A DNA stretch of 64,000 nt from an uncultured bacterium (lineage in GTDB: Bacteria; Desulfobacterota; Syntrophorhabdia; Syntrophorhabdales; JANXAF01): positions 11,129 through 75,128 of the forward strand of contig CALKEQ010000002.1 of NCBI GenBank assembly GCA_938084905.1, read 5' to 3'. The notes under the pieces were generated by a model. That model saw only the letters and a program-made list of their open reading frames with translations, was not told where the DNA came from and searched no databases. Both the position numbers and the translations under genes were made by a program. Positions 33,311-42,095 of this stretch are shown piece by piece (the first letter of the stretch is position 1; each line of letters begins with the position of its first letter).

Positions 33311-34787
33311 ACTCCCCTCTTATGACGAATTCGAGGACCTTCCTTTTCCCAAAATCTTTAAAGTTCTTTTCAACGAGTTGGGGATTCCTTAAAATACCTT
33401 TCCTTTCAAGTAAGAGCAAAAAATTGAGCAAAGGAGACTCAATTTCCGCATCTCCTCCGACGGAGATCCCTTTTATTTCCACAAGATAGATCTTTTTGTC
33501 ACTTAGTCTTTCAAAGTTCAGTTCCTTTAAATAAAGGTTATCAGGCGTAAAAGAGGAGAGGGATTTAAGTAGGGAAAGGAAGGTTACATCCCTCGTGGCA
33601 AGTTCCATATACGTCCGTTCCAAATCCTTTAGTTTGCCAGTTAAAATCTCCGCGTTTTTTGAGATAAAAGCCCTTTTTTCCTCGATCTTTCTGATTTCCT
33701 CCTTTACCTTAAGATCGAGCTCCTTTTTTTGGCCGTACATATGAAAGGAGTAAAGGGAGGCAAAAAGAACGAGGGCCACAGAAGAAAGGAGGGCTATCCT
33801 CAAAGATCTTTTTTCCTTTCTCCATTCCAGTTTCTCTTTAGGAAAAAGATTGAGGATTGGATCTGAAGTTGCGGCAAAATAGGCGGGAAGATAATCCTCT
33901 TCGACCTGAAAATAATTTGAGAGACGTTCCACAGAAATGGGCAAATATTCTTTGAGTTTTTCATGAAGCCCCTTTAGGTGGGCCCCTCCTCCTGTTAGAA
34001 ATAGTAATTCGCATGGATCTTCCGGAAAGCTCCTGTTGTAAACGGCAATTGTTCTGTCTATTTCTCCTGTTAGCCTCTCAAAAGGTGGAAGAAGGTACGA
34101 ATGAAGATTTTCACTGAACCCCTCCTCCCTTTTATAATTCTCCGCATCAGGAAGAGACAAATTGAGTCCTGAAGCCAGGGCCTCTGTAAAACTATCTCCT
34201 GAGGTCAAAATTTCTCTCACCATGCGAAGTACTCCATCCCTGAATATGTACAAGTCCGTATGCTTACATCCAATATCTAAAATAGCAAAAGTCCTTTTTA
34301 CTTTTTTTAGTTCACGAGCGATGTGAATGAACGATGCCATTACATCGCTTATATATGAGACTGTACTGAATCCCTCTTCTTCAAATTTTTGAACAAACTT
34401 CTCTATCATCTCCCTCTTTGCGCCAAAAAAGTACATCTCCTGTCTTCTTATCCCTTTTTCTTCAACAAAGCCTAGCCGCCCGAAAATGTAGATGTACTCG
34501 TCCAGTGGTTCTGAAAGCATCTTAGATAGCGACCATTTTGCCGCCTCTTCCAACTCCTCCTTGGGAAGGACAGGAAGAGTGAAGGTTTTCTTTATAATCT
34601 CAACTGTGGTAAGGAGAACTCTCACATCCATTGATAATCCCACATCTTTCCTTATCTGCTGAAGAAGGGGACCTATATCTTCAAGATCGCCACTGAAGGG
34701 AAGCTTTTTGGAGACTACAGGCCTTCTCTTTTTCGTAAGTACGTACTTAATCGAAGAAGTACCGATATCGATCCCGAGAACATTCAC
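33288..34787 (-). CDS. PilM-PilN fusion (MshI-like): actin-like ATPase domain + TM/coiled-coil PilN-like part
   Basis: 499 aa. N-terminal MNVLGIDIGTSSIKYV and ILDIGCKHTDL (ASKHA fold), LFLTGGGAHL, then TM (LRIALLSSVALVLFASLY) and a coiled coil. Confidence 0.75.
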   Translation of the reverse strand: MNVLGIDIGTSSIKYVLTKKRRPVVSKKLPFSGDLEDIGPLLQQIRKDVGLSMDVRVLLTTVEIIKKTFTLPVLPKEELEEAAKWSLSKMLSEPLDEYIYIFGRLGFVEEKGIRRQEMYFFGAKREMIEKFVQKFEEEGFSTVSYISDVMASFIHIARELKKVKRTFAILDIGCKHTDLYIFRDGVLRMVREILTSGDSFTEALASGLNLSLPDAENYKREEGFSENLHSYLLPPFERLTGEIDRTIAVYNRSFPEDPCELLFLTGGGAHLKGLHEKLKEYLPISVERLSNYFQVEEDYLPAYFAATSDPILNLFPKEKLEWRKEKRSLRIALLSSVALVLFASLYSFHMYGQKKELDLKVKEEIRKIEEKRAFISKNAEILTGKLKDLERTYMELATRDVTFLSLLKSLSSFTPDNLYLKELNFERLSDKKIYLVEIKGISVGGDAEIESPLLNFLLLLERKGILRNPQLVEKNFKDFGKRKVLEFVIRGECEERVET

Positions 34788-34841
34788 ACCTAAATTTTAC
34801 TCTAAGTTATAGAAAAATCAATCTAATTTGAGACGAACGTT

Positions 34842-35771
34842 TTACAGTATGCCTATGTCAAAACTCAAGATGCTAACCTGTGGATTATCTAAAGAGGGGT
34901 TGTCAGCCCAGAATATTTTCAGGTTGTACCTACCTTTTACTGCAGCATGACTAAACTCTAGGATCTCGGTGGATATACCGGTTTGGAGGACGTAGTACTT
35001 TGGAAAAACATTGAATATGAGCGTTGCATCTCCGTATTGACCTCCAGGTTCGGGTATCTCAATCCCCCTAAGGAGGTTCTTACATGGCGCAATTCCACAG
35101 GGAGGGCAAGAACTCTCATATCTGCAGGTTTGGTCTGGAGGGTAACTGTACACAATCGTTTCTATTCCTTCCTTTCTAAAGGCTATCGTCCGAATGTAAT
35201 CCCGGTTACTGCCTGGTTGATCCTTGATATTTATGTGAATCTTGAAGATGTAAATCGGACGATCAAGGTTATTAAAAAGAGGAACAAATACCTTTTTCGG
35301 ATCTTCCCCTTGACCTGGACCCACCCCCCCTCCTCTATAGGGCTGTAAACCAGGTACAAGACTTACCCCACCCTGTATGTATCCTGTAAAGTTTTTTACC
35401 TTTACTTCTCTTTTGGTTTGGTCTTTTATACCTCTGCTAATAAGAACGTTTCCTTCCGGATCGTAACTTATCTCAAAATATCCTCCGTCCAATTTACCCG
35501 ATTTATAATCGGGCGGAGGGGGTATCACACTTTTAGGATCTTGGAAAAAAGCGTCCCTTCTCTCATGGACGTACCTTATGGCAAACTCAACTCCCGCATT
35601 TGCAAGGTTTAGGGCCTGGTAACTCTTAACCTCAAGAGGATATCCCCTGAGCTTTGAACCAATAAATGAGACAAGACCTGAGGCTAAAATTCCGACTCCG
35701 AGAATGATTATGATGAGAAGAATCAGCGATATGCCTTTTTTCTCAGTAAATAACTTCCTCATAGTTCCCAT
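34842..35771 (-). CDS. PilX/GspK-like minor pilin lacking Glu5
   Basis: 309 aa. KKGISLILLIIIILGVGILASG hydrophobic N-terminus without Glu at +5. Start is ATG 35771 or 35762. Confidence 0.5.
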   Translation of the reverse strand: MGTMRKLFTEKKGISLILLIIIILGVGILASGLVSFIGSKLRGYPLEVKSYQALNLANAGVEFAIRYVHERRDAFFQDPKSVIPPPPDYKSGKLDGGYFEISYDPEGNVLISRGIKDQTKREVKVKNFTGYIQGGVSLVPGLQPYRGGGVGPGQGEDPKKVFVPLFNNLDRPIYIFKIHINIKDQPGSNRDYIRTIAFRKEGIETIVYSYPPDQTCRYESSCPPCGIAPCKNLLRGIEIPEPGGQYGDATLIFNVFPKYYVLQTGISTEILEFSHAAVKGRYNLKIFWADNPSLDNPQVSILSFDIGIL

Positions 35772-36351
35772 GGAAATGCCTGCCCCTAAAGAAATACTGG
35801 TAAGAGGGGGGTCCGTATGAGTTTTTTGGGGATACTGTAGTAGTTAAACTCAAAGTATGGGTTCCGTTCCCAAGGGTCAAATATATTCCGAAGGTGTGGT
35901 CCTGCGTTGAAGTATGTCCTTGGCCGTACTTTACAAAAAAATTTAGAACATTTCTAGAAAGAGGCTTTCCCGGTCCGTATGGAGGCGATGGCATATAACT
36001 GTATGAAGCTCTACGAATCTCGTTGTTTTGAAGAAAAAAAACAACGTACCTATTACTGTCTTTTGGCGTCACATGGGATTTTTCGAAAAGGAGCACATCT
36101 GAGCCCTCGATCTTATGGTTCGGGATAAAATTAGGCTCATCGTCTTTAATCATCAATTTCGCATCTCTAAGCTCCCTCGTTATCCGCTCGAGAACGTATG
36201 TGGCCTCCTCATGGAGCTCCCTCTGGATTGCCATTTCTCTATAAGTTTTTGCATAGGAGTAAAAGAAATTGAACGTAAAGATCGCTATAATTGAAAGGAC
36301 AGTAATGACAAGAACGATCTCAAATAAGGTTAAACCGCCCTTATTGTTCAT
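35743..36351 (-). CDS. PilW-like minor pilin (prepilin-type N-terminus)
   Basis: MNNKGG followed by LTLFEIVLVITVLSIIAIFTF. 202 aa. Confidence 0.65.
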   Translation of the reverse strand: MNNKGGLTLFEIVLVITVLSIIAIFTFNFFYSYAKTYREMAIQRELHEEATYVLERITRELRDAKLMIKDDEPNFIPNHKIEGSDVLLFEKSHVTPKDSNRYVVFFLQNNEIRRASYSYMPSPPYGPGKPLSRNVLNFFVKYGQGHTSTQDHTFGIYLTLGNGTHTLSLTTTVSPKNSYGPPSYQYFFRGRHFHGNYEEVIY

Positions 36352-36763
36352 CTAGTGGTCTCTTTGTAACAACCGTCGAAACCCTGTATTCAATGTTTTT
36401 TGGACTGTTCTTTACCCAAACGGTTATCCTCTTGTAGTTAGTTGGAATGGTCGAATCTCCTATTTCGATCGTTCCTCCGTATTCATCGTATCTTGCGTAT
36501 CTTATCTCCCATTTCCACATATATCCAGGATTCCCAGGTACCTCGTAGTAACCGGTGCTTCCAACGAGAATCCTATCAAATACGTCACTTGTGATCTCCT
36601 CTATCTTCGTCTCAGCCAGAAACCTCGCTTTGGTATAAACCTCAGGTGTTACTGCCTCCGTAAGGACGGAACTGAAGGCATAGTATGAGAAAGGGACGAA
36701 TATTCCTGCTACTATGATAAACACGAGGAGTTCGATGAGGCTTATCCCCTTTTTATTCAACAT
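36341..36763 (-). CDS. PilV-like minor pilin (prepilin-type N-terminus)
   Basis: MLNKKG followed by ISLIELLVFIIVAGIFVPF. The track start at 36778 adds 5 residues and is the alternative. Confidence 0.65.
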   Translation of the reverse strand: MLNKKGISLIELLVFIIVAGIFVPFSYYAFSSVLTEAVTPEVYTKARFLAETKIEEITSDVFDRILVGSTGYYEVPGNPGYMWKWEIRYARYDEYGGTIEIGDSTIPTNYKRITVWVKNSPKNIEYRVSTVVTKRPLDEQ

Positions 36764-37157
36764 TTCCCGTAAGTGCATAGATTTTTATTTTCCCTCCATC
36801 TGAAAAGTAAATGAACCTGTCGAAATTGTCGGGAAATACAGGCTCACCTATGCTGTTGAAGGTAAGAGTATGGGATGGTAGAGTTGTGGTGGTAAAGACA
36901 ACGCCTGCCGGTAAATTTTTTTCCTCCCCATCTAATACATATTTAGACGATCCAGGATGGAACGTAATCGACTTTGGATAAGAGACTGCCATTGCCAGAA
37001 TCTGAGTGTACTTTATATCAGCTATGACCTGGTCAGAGGCTACTTTTGAAGAGAACAAATTTTTTGAAAAATGTCTGTGGGTAAGAGCGAAAAAGAGAAT
37101 GGAGATGGAAATTATCACGATTACAAGCTCAAGAAGAGTAAAACCTTTTTTGTTCAT
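36753..37157 (-). CDS. FimT/GspH-like minor pilin (prepilin-type N-terminus)
   Basis: MNKKG followed by FTLLELVIVIISISILFFAL. The alternative start is ATG 37175. Confidence 0.65.
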   Translation of the reverse strand: MNKKGFTLLELVIVIISISILFFALTHRHFSKNLFSSKVASDQVIADIKYTQILAMAVSYPKSITFHPGSSKYVLDGEEKNLPAGVVFTTTTLPSHTLTFNSIGEPVFPDNFDRFIYFSDGGKIKIYALTGNVE

Positions 37158-37242
37158 CAAAAAAAATCGTACCATACGTGAAACATGTTCTACAATAGGA
37201 ATTTATTGCACTCTTCGATCATTTTTTGTAAAAATAGACCTA

Positions 37243-38202
37243 GTGGAAGCTCCTTATCTTGAGTACTTTCGTCTCAGAGAGAAACCCTTCAGTGACACAC
37301 CAGATACTTCCTTTTTTTTTCAGTCAAAGGGGCATAGTCGTGTTCTTGAGTATCTTAGGTACTTTTTACGGCAGAGAGAGGGCATGGCACTAGTCTGTGG
37401 AGAGGTTGGGCTTGGAAAGACGATAACCTCGCGAGTCTTTGTCAGCTCTCTGGATAAAGAAAAGTACAACTCCGCTCTCATATTGAACCCTGTCTTGGAT
37501 GAGGTGGAGTTCTTAAAAGAGCTTTTAAGGGAGTTTAGAGTAAATGTGGATAAGGAAGGTTCACTTAGGGATCTTCTCGAATTTCTGCAAACCTATCTAA
37601 TTGACGAATACAAAAAGGGTAAATCAGCCGTCTGCGTTATAGATGAGGCCCAACTTATTCCAGAAAGAACCCTTCATTTTATAAGGCTCCTTTCCAATTT
37701 TGAGACGGACAAGCAAAAATTGATCCAAATAGTCTTTTTTGCTCAAAAGGAGTTTGAGTTAAAGATAAAGAGGGAGGAATTTAAGGCGATCGCCCAGAGG
37801 ATCACAGTTAAAGTTGATCTGGAGCCCCTATCTAAGGACGAAATACTTCCCTATATTAGCTACCGCATATTCAAGGCAGGGATTTCAGGCACAGTCTTCT
37901 GTGATAAGAGTAGTGTGGACCCAATATACAGATTTTCCCTTGGAGTTCCAAGGCTAATCAATCTAATATGCGACAGGGCATTACTCTTTCTCTTCCTCCA
38001 TTCGAAAAATACTATAGACGGACACGTAATAAATAGAGTTGTAAATGAGGCAAGTTTAAGGCACCTATTTCCGAAGAAGAAAAGAATTGGTAGTTACGCG
38101 AGGAAATCTTTCATCCTCTCCCTTCTTTTTGCCATCTTGCTTTACATCCTTCAGAGAACAAAAATTCTGTCATCTTTTTTAGTACTTTTTTGGACTGAAT
38201 AG
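37243..38202 (+). CDS. ExeA/GspA/MshM-like AAA ATPase
   Basis: YLEYFRLREKPFSDTPDTSFFF, Walker A GEVGLGKT, Walker B VCVIDEAQ, C-terminal TM helix. The start is set to in-frame GTG 37243, because the track start 37006 would overlap the reverse-strand pilin gene by about 150 nt. Confidence 0.78.
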   Translation: MEAPYLEYFRLREKPFSDTPDTSFFFQSKGHSRVLEYLRYFLRQREGMALVCGEVGLGKTITSRVFVSSLDKEKYNSALILNPVLDEVEFLKELLREFRVNVDKEGSLRDLLEFLQTYLIDEYKKGKSAVCVIDEAQLIPERTLHFIRLLSNFETDKQKLIQIVFFAQKEFELKIKREEFKAIAQRITVKVDLEPLSKDEILPYISYRIFKAGISGTVFCDKSSVDPIYRFSLGVPRLINLICDRALLFLFLHSKNTIDGHVINRVVNEASLRHLFPKKKRIGSYARKSFILSLLFAILLYILQRTKILSSFLVLFWTE

Positions 38203-38204
38203 GG

Positions 38205-38666
38205 ATGGGAGGAAAGAAAGCAGTTGTTTTAGGAGTTGGAAATTTACTCCTCTCTGATGAAGGGGTTGGAATCCATGTGGTCAAAGAACTGATGGAAATG
38301 GATCTTCCTCCAGGTGTCTCAGTTGTGGATGGAGGTACTCATGGATTCGGACTCTTAGACTTCATAACAGATGCGGACCGCTTGATCATAATAGATGCGG
38401 TAAAAGGAGGGGGAGAACCGGGAACAGTATACACTTTTAAAATAGATAATCTTGAAAACCACATTGGAGAAATAAAACTATCCGTTCATCAGTTTGGCAT
38501 CCTAGAGATGTTAAATCTTGCTACCCTCTTTGGAAGAGTTCCGGAAACGACTGTAATTGGAATTGAACCTAAATCAGTAGATTTCGGGACGGAACTCTCA
38601 TACGAAGTAAGGAGTAAGATACATAAGGTGATAGAGCTTGTTATGGAGGAACTCAAGAATAAGTAG
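38205..38666 (+). CDS. [NiFe] hydrogenase maturation endopeptidase (HybD/HoxM/HycI family)
   Basis: 153 aa. VLGVGNLLLSDEGVGIHVV, IIIDAV, HQ motifs. Starts 2 nt after the ExeA-like gene. Confidence 0.88.
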   Translation: MGGKKAVVLGVGNLLLSDEGVGIHVVKELMEMDLPPGVSVVDGGTHGFGLLDFITDADRLIIIDAVKGGGEPGTVYTFKIDNLENHIGEIKLSVHQFGILEMLNLATLFGRVPETTVIGIEPKSVDFGTELSYEVRSKIHKVIELVMEELKNK

Positions 38667-38667
38667 C

Positions 38668-38697
38668 TTGACAGAGTTCATCTCCAAAATGTAGAAT
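38668..38697 (+). promoter_or_regulatory. sigma70-like promoter of rpmB (TTGACA-N18-TAGAAT)
   Basis: TTGACA 38668..38673, TAGAAT 38692..38697, then the GGAGGAGG SD and ATG 38716. Confidence 0.5.
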
Positions 38698-38715
38698 AGT
38701 TGGCCCGGAGGAGGT

Positions 38716-38907
38716 ATGGCGAGAGCCTGCGAAATATGTGGGAAGGGAAGACAGGTAGGTTACAATGTGAGCCACGCAAACAACAGAACTAAACGTGTCT
38801 GGCTTCCCAATTTACAATACATCACAGTAATCGAAGGTAAAAGCAGAAAGAGACTTCGGGTATGCACAAAATGTATAAAGAAGGGGAAAGTTCAAAAGGC
38901 CGTATAG
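38716..38907 (+). CDS. rpmB: 50S ribosomal protein L28
   Basis: 63 aa. [34 protein letters not shown]. Confidence 0.95.
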   Translation: MARACEICGKGRQVGYNVSHANNRTKRVWLPNLQYITVIEGKSRKRLRVCTKCIKKGKVQKAV

Positions 38908-41037
38908 CTATCCTCTAATTCTTTCAACCCTTCTTACCCCTTTTACCTTCATTATTTCCTTTATCATCGTGTTTAGCTGAGAAAGGTTTTCTATCTCAAC
39001 CTCGTAAATACCGACGGCAGTTTTGTCGGGATTGGTTGTTGTATAAGCATTTACTATGTTGACTTTATTCTGGCTTATTACCGTACTTATGTCAGACAGA
39101 AGCCCTTTTCTGTCCATTCCGTATACCTTCAATTTGACTGGATAGGTCTTCCCCTCCTGACCATTCCATATTACCTCCACCTTCCTCTGTTCATCGTACG
39201 TGTGGACATTAGGACAGTCCTCACTGTGGATTGTAAGGCCCCTTCCCCTTGTTATGAAGCCGAAAATTCTATCTCCGGGAATAGGGTTACAACATTTGGC
39301 AAATCTGACGACAAGCCCATCAACCCCCTCTACCTTTACGCGCGTTTCCCCTCCCTTCGTTACTTTTCTTACAAGCCTTTTCAGAGTACTCTGTTTTTGG
39401 ACCTCAGGGATGAACTTCCCAAGTACCTGTAAGGGTGTGTAGAGACCGTACCCTACTGCGGCAAAGAGATCCTCAGTTTTCTCAAAACCAAACTCTCTTG
39501 CAACTTCCTCCAGCTCTCCGTTTTTCACAATCCTTGAAAGACTGATGCCCCTTTTTGTACTCTCCTTCTCCAGTAGCTCCTTTCCAAGCTGAATACTCCT
39601 CTCCCTCTGTTTCGCTTTAAGAAACTGGCGAATTTTAGTTTTCGCCCTTGAGGTCTTAACAAATGTCAACCAGTCCTTGCTAGGTGTCTGCGAGGGCGAT
39701 GTGAGTATCTCAACTGTATCTCCACTTTTCAGTTTGTACCTTAAGGGAACGAGCCTTCCATTTACCTTAGCTCCCACGCAGTGGTGTCCTAGCTCGGTGT
39801 GGATGGCGTAAGCAAAATCAACAGGTGTAGAATCTTTTGGCAATTCCTTCACTTCACCCTTTGGAGTGAAAACGTATATCTCTTCAGGAAAGAGATCTTG
39901 AGCAAAAACCTCCATTATTTCCTTTCCATCTTTAAGTTCACTTATAGACTCAATGGTTCTTCTAAGCCAGGAGAAAAGCTTCCCCTCCTTTGAATCGAAA
40001 GGCTTCCCCTCCTTATACTTCCAGTGAGCTGCAATCCCTTCCTCCGCCACCCGGTGCATCTCGTACGTCCTTATCTGAACCTCAATTTTTTCCCCGTGTA
40101 GTCCAATAACCTTCGTATGGAGGGACTGGTACATGTTTGACTTTGGCATGTATATGTAATCTGTGAATTTACCAGGGATGGGCTTGAAAATGGAGTGGAT
40201 TATTCCTAGAGCCAAATAGCATTCCTTAACTGTGTTGACGAGAACCCTGAAAGCAATAAGATCATAGATCTCGTCAATATCCTTATTTTCCTGAATCATC
40301 TTCCTATAGATGCTGTAAACCCTCTTTGCCCTTCCCTGTATTTCAGCTTTAAGCCCGTACTGGTCAAATTTCTCTTTTAGAACTTCTATCACCTCTTTTA
40401 TGTAGTTTTCCCTTTCGCTTCTCGTCTTCTGAAGCTTCGTCACAATCTCCCTGTACTCTTTTGGATGAAGGTATTTGAAAGCCAAATCTTCCAGTTCTCC
40501 CTTTAACCATTCAATACCCAACCTGTGGGCGAGAGGTGCGTATATTTCAAGGGTCTCTTTGGCTATCTCAATTTGCTTCTCCCATGGGACGAAGTTTAGG
40601 GTCTGCATGTTGTGGTATCTGTCAGCTAGCTTTATCAATACAACCCTTATATCCTTTCCCATCGCAAGGATCATTTTCCTCAAAGTTTCGGCCCTTACAT
40701 CCTCATCAGGCCTCACCTGAATTTTTGAAAACTTTGTTACTCCGTCAACGAGGGAGGCAATTTCACTACCAAATTTCTCTTCCAGATCTTCCTTTTTTGT
40801 GTCTGTGTCCTCCAATGTATCGTGTAAAAGACCGGCTATAATCGTTGGAAGGTCCAGGTTCATTTTTGCCAAGATATGGGCAACAGCTAATGGATGGACA
40901 AGGTAAGGTTCGCCTGATAGTCTGGTTTTTCCCTTATGTGCCTGGGCTGAAAATATGTAGGCTTTTTTGAGTAAGTCTAGATCAGCCTGGGGATTGTACT
41001 TCTCTATCTCTTCAACTATGTCATTAAATCTGACCAT
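38908..41037 (-). CDS. rel: bifunctional (p)ppGpp synthetase/hydrolase (RelA/SpoT homologue)
   Basis: 709 aa with HD, RelA_SpoT, TGS and ACT domains. HD hydrolase motif (HPLAVAHIL...LHDTLEDT), synthetase region (RAKRVYSIYRKM...YQSLHT). Confidence 0.93.
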   Translation of the reverse strand: MVRFNDIVEEIEKYNPQADLDLLKKAYIFSAQAHKGKTRLSGEPYLVHPLAVAHILAKMNLDLPTIIAGLLHDTLEDTDTKKEDLEEKFGSEIASLVDGVTKFSKIQVRPDEDVRAETLRKMILAMGKDIRVVLIKLADRYHNMQTLNFVPWEKQIEIAKETLEIYAPLAHRLGIEWLKGELEDLAFKYLHPKEYREIVTKLQKTRSERENYIKEVIEVLKEKFDQYGLKAEIQGRAKRVYSIYRKMIQENKDIDEIYDLIAFRVLVNTVKECYLALGIIHSIFKPIPGKFTDYIYMPKSNMYQSLHTKVIGLHGEKIEVQIRTYEMHRVAEEGIAAHWKYKEGKPFDSKEGKLFSWLRRTIESISELKDGKEIMEVFAQDLFPEEIYVFTPKGEVKELPKDSTPVDFAYAIHTELGHHCVGAKVNGRLVPLRYKLKSGDTVEILTSPSQTPSKDWLTFVKTSRAKTKIRQFLKAKQRERSIQLGKELLEKESTKRGISLSRIVKNGELEEVAREFGFEKTEDLFAAVGYGLYTPLQVLGKFIPEVQKQSTLKRLVRKVTKGGETRVKVEGVDGLVVRFAKCCNPIPGDRIFGFITRGRGLTIHSEDCPNVHTYDEQRKVEVIWNGQEGKTYPVKLKVYGMDRKGLLSDISTVISQNKVNIVNAYTTTNPDKTAVGIYEVEIENLSQLNTMIKEIMKVKGVRRVERIRG

Positions 41038-42007
41038 TATCAGCGAATCTATAATATACAGTTGGGATCATATCTTCCCTTAGAGAGATGACTCCCGCTT
41101 TTTCAAAGGAAAACGGTCTTTGTAACCTCGCCTTTGTCTCCTCACTTATAAGGATCTCCCAAGGACCTGCTATCTTCTGCAACCTTGCGGCCAAATTTAC
41201 GGGAATACCGAATGCAGTGTACTCTCTTTTTTTTCCTGAGCCGAAGATACCGGTTATCGCGTAGCCAGTGCTTATACCAATACCTATCTTTATCGTTTCC
41301 TGACTCTCCCTCATCCTTTTTACCATCTCTATAGCGCAAAGGACGGCGGACTCCTCATGTCTGTCCATGTAAACGGGAGCTCCGAATATCGCCATGATGC
41401 TGTCACCTATGTACTTGTCTAAAAGCCCGTTGTACTTTGCGATTATTTCACTTAGAGGCTCAAAGTAAGTTGTATTTAAAATCTCGGCCAGCTCTGAAGG
41501 ATGGATCTTTGAGGCAAGCTGGGTAAATCCCCTTATGTCAGAGAAGAGAACCGTAACATGAGAGAGCTTTGGCAAAAGGTGCTCGGGCTCCTTTATAAGT
41601 TTGTCCATTATATCTGGCTGTATAAACTGCTTCATCCTTCTTTTTATGTAACATTCCTTCACCTTTAACTTGAGGAGCCTATTTTCAAAAGGTTTGGTGA
41701 TAAAACCATCCACACCAAGTTCTATGGCCTTTATACTCATTTCTATGGTACCGTAACCTGTGATAACTATTTTCGCAAGGCCGTAATCGAGCTTGTTCAA
41801 TTCTTCTATAGTTTTTAATCCGTCTATGCCAGGCATGATAAGGTCGCAGATTATGACGTCTATGGCCTGAGGATTCTCTTTAACCGTTGATATCCCTTCC
41901 TCTCCGCTCTTTGCAGTGTAAACTCTGTAACCCTCTTCCTCAAGTAGCCTCTTTAGGGCCCTCCTTATCCCTTCCTCATCGTCGATTATTAAGATCCCGA
42001 GACTCAT
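41024..42007 (-). CDS. response regulator receiver fused to class III nucleotidyl cyclase domain
   Basis: 327 aa. REC (IDVIICDLIMPGIDG). Cyclase motifs VLFSDIRGFT, DKYIGDSIMAIFGAP, GIPVNLAARL. Overlaps rel by 14 nt. Confidence 0.88.
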   Translation of the reverse strand: MSLGILIIDDEEGIRRALKRLLEEEGYRVYTAKSGEEGISTVKENPQAIDVIICDLIMPGIDGLKTIEELNKLDYGLAKIVITGYGTIEMSIKAIELGVDGFITKPFENRLLKLKVKECYIKRRMKQFIQPDIMDKLIKEPEHLLPKLSHVTVLFSDIRGFTQLASKIHPSELAEILNTTYFEPLSEIIAKYNGLLDKYIGDSIMAIFGAPVYMDRHEESAVLCAIEMVKRMRESQETIKIGIGISTGYAITGIFGSGKKREYTAFGIPVNLAARLQKIAGPWEILISEETKARLQRPFSFEKAGVISLREDMIPTVYYRFADNGQI

Positions 42008-42018
42008 GGACTTTCTAA

Positions 42019-42047
42019 ATAATATCTCACAGAGCCGAAAATGACAA
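42019..42047 (-). promoter_or_regulatory. sigma70-like promoter (TTGTCA-N17-TATTAT) of the REC-cyclase/rel operon
   Basis: On the reverse strand, TTGTCA lies at plus 42042..42047 and TATTAT at plus 42019..42024. ATG 42007 follows 11 nt downstream with no SD. Confidence 0.45.
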
Positions 42048-42095
42048 GCTACCTTACATTTTAAAAATCCGAAAATCTCACTTATAATTTAGGCC

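Noticed and set aside
37006-37242. N-terminal 79 codons of the ExeA-like ORF as given in the track.
   Set aside because: The extension overlaps the reverse-strand FimT/GspH-like pilin gene by about 150 nt. The extra residues are absent from the conserved ExeA N-terminus, which begins near YLEYFRLREKPF. An in-frame GTG at 37243 fits better.
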